Below, one piece after another: positions 27,167-32,000 of a stretch of DNA of 32,000 nt. The notes beneath the pieces are model-generated. The model saw nothing but the letters and a program-made list of their open reading frames with translations. It made no database searches and was not told where the DNA came from. Position 1 is the first letter of the stretch; every line of letters starts with the position of its first letter. Source of the stretch: Phycisphaera mikurensis NBRC 102666 (GTDB lineage: Bacteria; Planctomycetota; Phycisphaerae; Phycisphaerales; Phycisphaeraceae); contig NC_017080.1 in NCBI RefSeq assembly GCF_000284115.1, forward strand, positions 240,001-272,000. Direction: 5' to 3'. Both the position numbers and the translations under genes were made by a program.

Positions 27167-28084
27167 CTACGCCCTCACCAGCCCGCCGGCGCGAAGCACC
27201 GGCAGCACGCCAGATTCCAGCGGGTCGGCGGAGCTGACGCGGCCGTAGGAGACGCCGCGGCGGAGGCAGGCCGAGCGGGCGCCCGCGCAGAAGGCGTCGA
27301 GGGTCTGCCGGTACCGGCGGAGCAGCTGCGGGGTGGCGGAGACCTCCGCGGCGTCGCCGTCCTCGCGGTCGGTGAGGCGGAGGTCGCCGGTGATGCCGGC
27401 CGAAGCGGGGTCCAGCTCGGCGGGGGAGAGCAGGTGCAGCACGTGGGCGTCGAAGCGCTGCGCGGCCAGCGGCTTGAGCGCTTCCTCCAGCCGCCCCCCG
27501 GAGGGCTTGTCCAGGAGGTCGGAGATCACCAGCACCACGCCGGCGCGGGGGTGGCGGCGGGCGAGGTCGAACAGCGAGCGGCCCAGGTCGCCGGGACCCT
27601 CGGCGGACCGCAACCCCTCCAGAAACGCGAGCAGCCGCGGGATCGGCCGGCGTCCGCGGAGGCCCGAGATCCCGTCGGTCAAGCCGTCGTGGAAGCCGTG
27701 CACGGCGAGCCGGTTCATGCGCGAGAGGGCGAGGTAGCCCAGCGCCGCGGCGATCCGCTTCGCCGCGAGCAGCTTCTCCGGCGGGTCCGTGCCGCTCGGC
27801 TGGCCCTCGGCCATCGACGGGCTCACATCGATCAGCACGGTGAGCGCGAGGTCCTGCTCCTCGAGGAACAGCCGCAGGATCAGCTTGTCCAGCCGGGCGT
27901 AGAGGTTCCAGTCGATCCGCCGCAGGTCGTCGCCGACGGTGTAGGGCCGGAAGTCGGCGAATTCGACGCTCTGACCCTTCTGCTTCGCCCGCCGCTCGCC
28001 CTGCAGCCCGCCGCGCAGCAGCTTGCGGCTGGCGAGGTCCAGGGCGTCGAGGCGGCTGCGTTCGGCGGGGGAGAGGAGGGTCAT
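27167..28084 (-). CDS. DUF58 domain-containing protein
   Basis: GGLQGERRAKQKGQSVEFADFRPYTVGDDLRRIDWNLYARLDKLILRLFLEEQDLALTVLIDVSPSM. Confidence 0.93.
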   Translation of the reverse strand: MTLLSPAERSRLDALDLASRKLLRGGLQGERRAKQKGQSVEFADFRPYTVGDDLRRIDWNLYARLDKLILRLFLEEQDLALTVLIDVSPSMAEGQPSGTDPPEKLLAAKRIAAALGYLALSRMNRLAVHGFHDGLTDGISGLRGRRPIPRLLAFLEGLRSAEGPGDLGRSLFDLARRHPRAGVVLVISDLLDKPSGGRLEEALKPLAAQRFDAHVLHLLSPAELDPASAGITGDLRLTDREDGDAAEVSATPQLLRRYRQTLDAFCAGARSACLRRGVSYGRVSSADPLESGVLPVLRAGGLVRA

Positions 28085-28100
28085 GGGAAGGGGGGGTCAG

Positions 28101-28165
28101 GAAGCGGAGAAGCGGAGAAGCGAAGAAGCGAAGAAGCGAAGAAGCGGGGAAGTGGAGAAGCGGGG
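28101..28165. repeat. Tandem 9-nt repeat tract (GCGAAGAAG / GCGGAGAAG variants)
   Basis: GAAGCGGAGAAGCGGAGAAGCGAAGAAGCGAAGAAGCGAAGAAGCGGGGAAGTGGAGAAG read directly. Confidence 0.85.
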
Positions 28166-28256
28166 CAGCGGGGAACTGGAGAAGTCAAAGATTCAGGCAG
28201 CGGAGGGGGCAGGCAGAGCGCACCGGCCGCTGCCGCGTGGGGGTTTCCGCTGCTGA

Positions 28257-28281
28257 CTTCTTCGCTTCTTCGCTTCTTCGC
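28257..28281. repeat. Inverted copy of the 9-nt repeat tract (CTTCTTCGCTTCTTCGCTTCTTCGC)
   Basis: Exact 25-nt reverse complement of 28120-28144. Confidence 0.85.
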
Positions 28282-28311
28282 TTTCGCGCTCTGACCGGCC
28301 CAGCCGGTGCT

Positions 28312-29337
28312 TCAAGCCTCCACCGGCAGCGAATCTCGGATCTCCTCCACCACCTGGTCCTGCCCGACGCCCTCCGCTTCACCCTCGAAATTGAGCAGGA
28401 CGCGGTGGCGGAGGGCCGGCAGCATGACGGCCTTCACGTCGTCGACGCTCGCGTGCGGGCGGCCGCTGCGGAGGGCGGTGACCTTGGCGGCGAGGACGAG
28501 CGCCTGGGCGGCGCGGGGGCTGGCGCCGACGCGGGCGAAGCGGTTGATCTTCTCGCTCGCGAACTCGCCACCGGGGTGCGTCGCGAGCACCGCCCGCACG
28601 GCGAAGTCCTGCACGGCGGGGGGGAGCACCACCTGGCGGACGAGCTTCTGGAAGGCGACGATCGTCTTCGCGTCCAGCTGCGGCCGCACCTCGGCGGAGA
28701 CGCCCGCCGTCGTCCGATTCAGGATCTCGTGCATCTGGGCCCGGTCGCTGTAGCCCACCTCCAGCTTGAAGAGGAAGCGGTCCAGCTGCGCCTCGGGCAG
28801 CGGGTACGTGCCCTCCTGCTCGATGGGGTTCTGCGTGGCCATCACGAAGAAGGGTTTGGCCATCTCGTAGCTGGTGCCACCGACGGTGACGCTCTTCTCG
28901 GCCATCGCCTCGAGCATCGCCGACTGCGTCTTGGGCGTCGCCCGGTTGATCTCGTCGGCGAGCACGATCTGGGCGAAGAGCGGGCCGCGGCGGAACTGGA
29001 AGTCGCGCTGCGTGGTGCCGTCGGCTTTCTGCTCCTCCACGACGATCGTGGTGCCGGTGATGTCGGCGGGCATGAGGTCGGGTGTGAACTGGATCCGCGA
29101 GAACTCCAGCGAGAGCGCCTCGGAGAGGCTGCGGATCAGCAGCGTCTTGCCCAGCCCGGGCACGCCCTCCAGCAGCACGTTGCCGCCGACGAACAGCGTG
29201 GTCAGCACGCCGTCGACCACGTCCTCCTGGCCGACGATCACGCGGGCGAGCTGCTCCTTGACGGCGGCGTAGGAGGAGGCGAAGCGTTCGATGGCGGCGC
29301 CGGCTCGGTCGGGGGCGTTGGAGGTGGGTTCCGGCAT
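28312..29337 (-). CDS. MoxR-family AAA+ ATPase
   Basis: IVGQEDVVDGVLTTLFVGGNVLLEGVPGLGKTLLIRSLSEAL, RIQFTPDLMPADITGT, GPLFAQIVLADEINRATPKTQSAMLEAMAEKSVTVGG, FFVMATQNPIEQEGTYPLPEAQLDRFLFK. Confidence 0.96.
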   Translation of the reverse strand: MPEPTSNAPDRAGAAIERFASSYAAVKEQLARVIVGQEDVVDGVLTTLFVGGNVLLEGVPGLGKTLLIRSLSEALSLEFSRIQFTPDLMPADITGTTIVVEEQKADGTTQRDFQFRRGPLFAQIVLADEINRATPKTQSAMLEAMAEKSVTVGGTSYEMAKPFFVMATQNPIEQEGTYPLPEAQLDRFLFKLEVGYSDRAQMHEILNRTTAGVSAEVRPQLDAKTIVAFQKLVRQVVLPPAVQDFAVRAVLATHPGGEFASEKINRFARVGASPRAAQALVLAAKVTALRSGRPHASVDDVKAVMLPALRHRVLLNFEGEAEGVGQDQVVEEIRDSLPVEA

Positions 29338-29430
29338 TGGGGGTCTGGAGCGGTCGCGAGCGAAGGAGCGGGAAAAAGAGTCCGGCCGCAGAGCCAGCGG
29401 GCGGGGGTGCGACCTCCGCGGCTTCGCCGA

Positions 29431-30492
29431 TCACGCTCTTGAGGTCTCTGTCTCGCTTCCCCGCTCGCCGGCCGGAGCCCCGGCCCGCACCATCGCGGCG
29501 GCGAGGTCTCGCGGGAGCGGGTGGCGGGCGACGTAGTCGCCGTCGCGGCCGGTTTCGGCGGGGTCGAGCCCGGCGTCGGCGGCCGGCTGCGCGAAGACGC
29601 GGGACCCGCCCGCGAGCGCGGCCCAGCGGGCGGCGTGGGCGGGGCCGCCGACGGGCAGCAGCAGCGTCTCGCCGGCGCCGAAGGCGAGCCACGGCCGTTC
29701 CATCCGCGGGTCCTGGACGACCCGGGGCCCGCCGCCGGCGGAGGTCTCCGCGGCGGCGGCGACGTCGAGCGCCTCGGCGAGCCGGTCGGCCGCGGGCGAG
29801 AGCCGCAGCGTGACGCGGCGGCCGCCGGCCTCCTGCGCGAGCGCGGCGGCGAGCACGAGGGGCCGGGCGTCGACGCCGGCGCCGCCGGCGACCGAGAGAG
29901 CGAGGCCGTCGCCGGCGTGACCGGTCGCCGCGGCGTCGGCGCGGCGGGCGTCCAGGCGGGCGGGGTGGTGCCGCACCCGGCCGGCGGGCAGGCCGCCGGC
30001 CACCAGCAGCGACGCGAGCGATTGCGAGGCGGCGGCCACGTCGAAGCCCGCGGCCTCCATCCGGCTCACCAGCCAGGCGAGCGTGTCCGGCGGCGGGACG
30101 TCGCTCAACCGCAGCACGCGGGGGACGGTGGGCAGGAAGGCGGCGGCCGCGGCGAGGGAAGCCGCGTCCCAGGCGATCACGCTGCGGGCGCCCGCCGCGG
30201 CCTCCCGCAGCGCCCGCCGGAGGGCGGCGCGGCAGGCGAGCGGGATCCGCCCGCCGACGCCGGGGCCGCCCGGCGGCCGGCAGGCGTGCCGCGTGGCCAG
30301 CCCCGCCGCCCGGGCGGCCGCCGCGGCCGCGGAACCCAGCGTCATCGCGTGGTGCTGCGCCGGCTCCGGGTCGCCGGCCAGAGCGGCGGGCAGCGGCACC
30401 GCGGCGGGCTCGGACGCGGCCGCCGCGACGCAGTCCGCGGCCTCGGCGGCGTGGACCGCCTGGCTCCCGGGCCCGAGGAGGTGGAGGATCAC
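29431..30492 (-). CDS. Conserved hypothetical, possibly glycosyltransferase-like
   Basis: Long ORF in a minus-strand run; GTG start at 30492 overlaps the upstream stop (GTGA). Contains ARSVIAWDAASLAAAAAF and LALSVAGGAGVDARPLVLAAALAQEAGGRRVTLRLSP; family assignment weak. Confidence 0.6.
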   Translation of the reverse strand: MILHLLGPGSQAVHAAEAADCVAAAASEPAAVPLPAALAGDPEPAQHHAMTLGSAAAAAARAAGLATRHACRPPGGPGVGGRIPLACRAALRRALREAAAGARSVIAWDAASLAAAAAFLPTVPRVLRLSDVPPPDTLAWLVSRMEAAGFDVAAASQSLASLLVAGGLPAGRVRHHPARLDARRADAAATGHAGDGLALSVAGGAGVDARPLVLAAALAQEAGGRRVTLRLSPAADRLAEALDVAAAAETSAGGGPRVVQDPRMERPWLAFGAGETLLLPVGGPAHAARWAALAGGSRVFAQPAADAGLDPAETGRDGDYVARHPLPRDLAAAMVRAGAPAGERGSETETSRA

Positions 30493-31274
30493 AGCCGATC
30501 CCCGGGACGCGGGGTGCCGGTCGTGCGGCGGCGCTCCTCGTAGACGGTGTCGCCGGGGGCCTGCCCCGTCCAGTCGTAGAACAACCGGGCGACGGCGAGG
30601 CCGGCGGCGTCGGCGAGGTCGCGGCGGACGTTGGCGGGGTCGGCCGCGTCTTCGCCGATGCGGCGGGCCCGGAGGTCGACCGAGAAGGGCCGGCCGGCGG
30701 GGCCGCCCAGGAAGCCGCCGGCGTCGGCGTCCTCCCGGCGTGGGAACAGCTGCACGCCCCGTGCATCGACCACCCGCACCGTGCCCGACGCGGCGGGCAC
30801 CACGAGTGCCCCGGTCATGCCGGCGTCCGCGGCGTTGGGCAGCCGCAGGGCCTGGACCTCGACGAACACCAGCGTGTCGACGCCGAGCCGCGCGGGCAAG
30901 GCGTCCAGCGGGAGCGCCGCGAAGGCGGCCGCGTCGCGCTCCCGCTCGCGGGCAACGCGGCGGCCATCGACGACCGCCTGCCCCTTCTTCGGGCTCCCGT
31001 CGGCCCGCCGCTGGAGCGGGCGGAGGTTCGTCGCGAGGTGCTGGCCCGCGGTGGCGGCGACCTGGTCGGTGAAGGAACGAACGCGGGGGTCGCCCGCGGG
31101 CAGACCGGGGGCCGCCTCCGCCAGCACGGCCACGGAGCCGGGGGGCAGCCGGGCCACCGCCTCGACCTTGTGGCTCCGCAGCAGAAGAAAGGGCACGGCG
31201 ACCGCCTCGCAGCCGGGCAGCGAGAGCGATCCGAGCGCGAGCGCGGCGGCGAGAACGGCGGGGACCGGCTTCAA
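30489..31274 (-). CDS. Predicted lipoprotein of unknown function
   Basis: Probable TTG start at 31274 (LKPVPAVLAAALALGSLSLPGC lipobox); overlaps neighbouring genes at both ends. Confidence 0.6.
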   Translation of the reverse strand: MKPVPAVLAAALALGSLSLPGCEAVAVPFLLLRSHKVEAVARLPPGSVAVLAEAAPGLPAGDPRVRSFTDQVAATAGQHLATNLRPLQRRADGSPKKGQAVVDGRRVARERERDAAAFAALPLDALPARLGVDTLVFVEVQALRLPNAADAGMTGALVVPAASGTVRVVDARGVQLFPRREDADAGGFLGGPAGRPFSVDLRARRIGEDAADPANVRRDLADAAGLAVARLFYDWTGQAPGDTVYEERRRTTGTPRPGDRL

Positions 31275-32000
31275 GCGGCACCCTCCGCCGAGCGGCTCGG
31301 CGGGCCGGCGTCGGCGCGTTCTCTCTCGCGGCGGCGGTCCCGCTTCTGGGCTTCCTTCTGGTCGTAGAAGATGGGGCCCACGCGGCGGAGCCAGGCGGCG
31401 AGCAGGTTCTTCTTGACCGCCGCCTCGTCGGGCCCGCTCTGCGTGGCGGCGCCCCCGGGGCCGGGGTCGCCGGAATCGCCGAGCGTCGCCAAGCCCACCG
31501 GCGAGTCCTCCGGGAAGCGGACGGTCACCCGCTCGAGGAACACCGGTCGGTCCGGGTCGCCGAGGCCGGCCGCGCCCGCGGTCCCCTCGGCCTCGTACAC
31601 CTGGACCGCCGCGTTCAGCACGCCCTCGAGCACCCAGGCGTTGCCCTCCTGCCGCGTGCGGAACTCCGACACCTCCACCCGCACCACGCGGTCGACGCCG
31701 AGCCCCTCGGCGACGCGGCCCGGCGGGGCGGTCTCCCAATAGGCGTGCTCGCGCTGCCAGCCGGTGACCTCCTCCGGTGGCACCACGGCGGCGCCCTCCA
31801 CGTGCCGGGCGAAGCGCAGGGCGAGCAACGCCTCGAGCGCCGGCCCGAGCCCGGGGTGGCGACGCTTGGTCTCGGGGTCCACCGCGGCGACCACCGCGAG
31901 GCTGCGGCCGTCGAGGTCGTGCGAACGCTGGACGACCCGCACGTCGCCGGCCCCGCCGCCGCCGAAGATGCCGGCAACCGCCTCGACGCCGACGCAGCCG
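31271..32000 (-). CDS. Predicted lipoprotein, N-terminus truncated by window edge
   Basis: Frame stays open to the window end, reading GCVGVEAVAGIFGGGGAGDVRVVQRSHDLDGRSLAVVAAVDPETKRR...; the Cys near the edge is consistent with a lipobox. Confidence 0.6.
   Translation of the reverse strand, partial: GCVGVEAVAGIFGGGGAGDVRVVQRSHDLDGRSLAVVAAVDPETKRRHPGLGPALEALLALRFARHVEGAAVVPPEEVTGWQREHAYWETAPPGRVAEGLGVDRVVRVEVSEFRTRQEGNAWVLEGVLNAAVQVYEAEGTAGAAGLGDPDRPVFLERVTVRFPEDSPVGLATLGDSGDPGPGGAATQSGPDEAAVKKNLLAAWLRRVGPIFYDQKEAQKRDRRRERERADAGPPSRSAEGAA

Noticed and set aside
28101-28281. Repeat tract considered as a CRISPR array
   Set aside because: Unit is only 9 nt and contiguous with no unique spacers; no cas genes.

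Overview
High-GC bacterial chromosomal window of housekeeping and envelope genes. The overall look (PEP-CTERM protein, very high GC, gene content) is compatible with a Planctomycetes/Phycisphaerae-type genome, but that is inference. I see no CRISPR array, prophage, IS transposase or obvious defence island. About 25 CDSs are supportable, plus a tRNA-Leu(CAA). They include a divergent transketolase, a histidine kinase followed by a REC-GGDEF regulator, an orphan ParB, HldE-like kinase/cytidylyltransferase, an FtsX-like permease, a TIGR01777-type epimerase, a heterodimeric ABC exporter pair, an LpxR-like protein, DUF502, HPF, USP, two YkgJ-like Cys-cluster proteins, a RimK-linked retropepsin-like protein, RimK carrying an extra C-terminal RCK_C-like domain, DAHP synthase, an amidohydrolase, a flavin reductase, and DUF58/MoxR with upstream lipoproteins. 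The most interesting signals are: (1) the parB neighbourhood, with two perfect parS-like palindromes, a third near-match inside parB, no parA, about 1.2 kb of apparently non-coding DNA, a cluster of TATCGGAC motifs, and a strong plus-strand terminator with no CDS in front of it (ncRNA/leader or origin-linked element); (2) a symmetric 142-bp imperfect palindromic element upstream of the tRNA-Leu, MITE/REP-like; (3) the RimK-RCK_C fusion; (4) a perfect 25-bp inverted repeat made of a 9-nt repeat unit (GCGAAGAAG) between moxR and the DUF58 gene.
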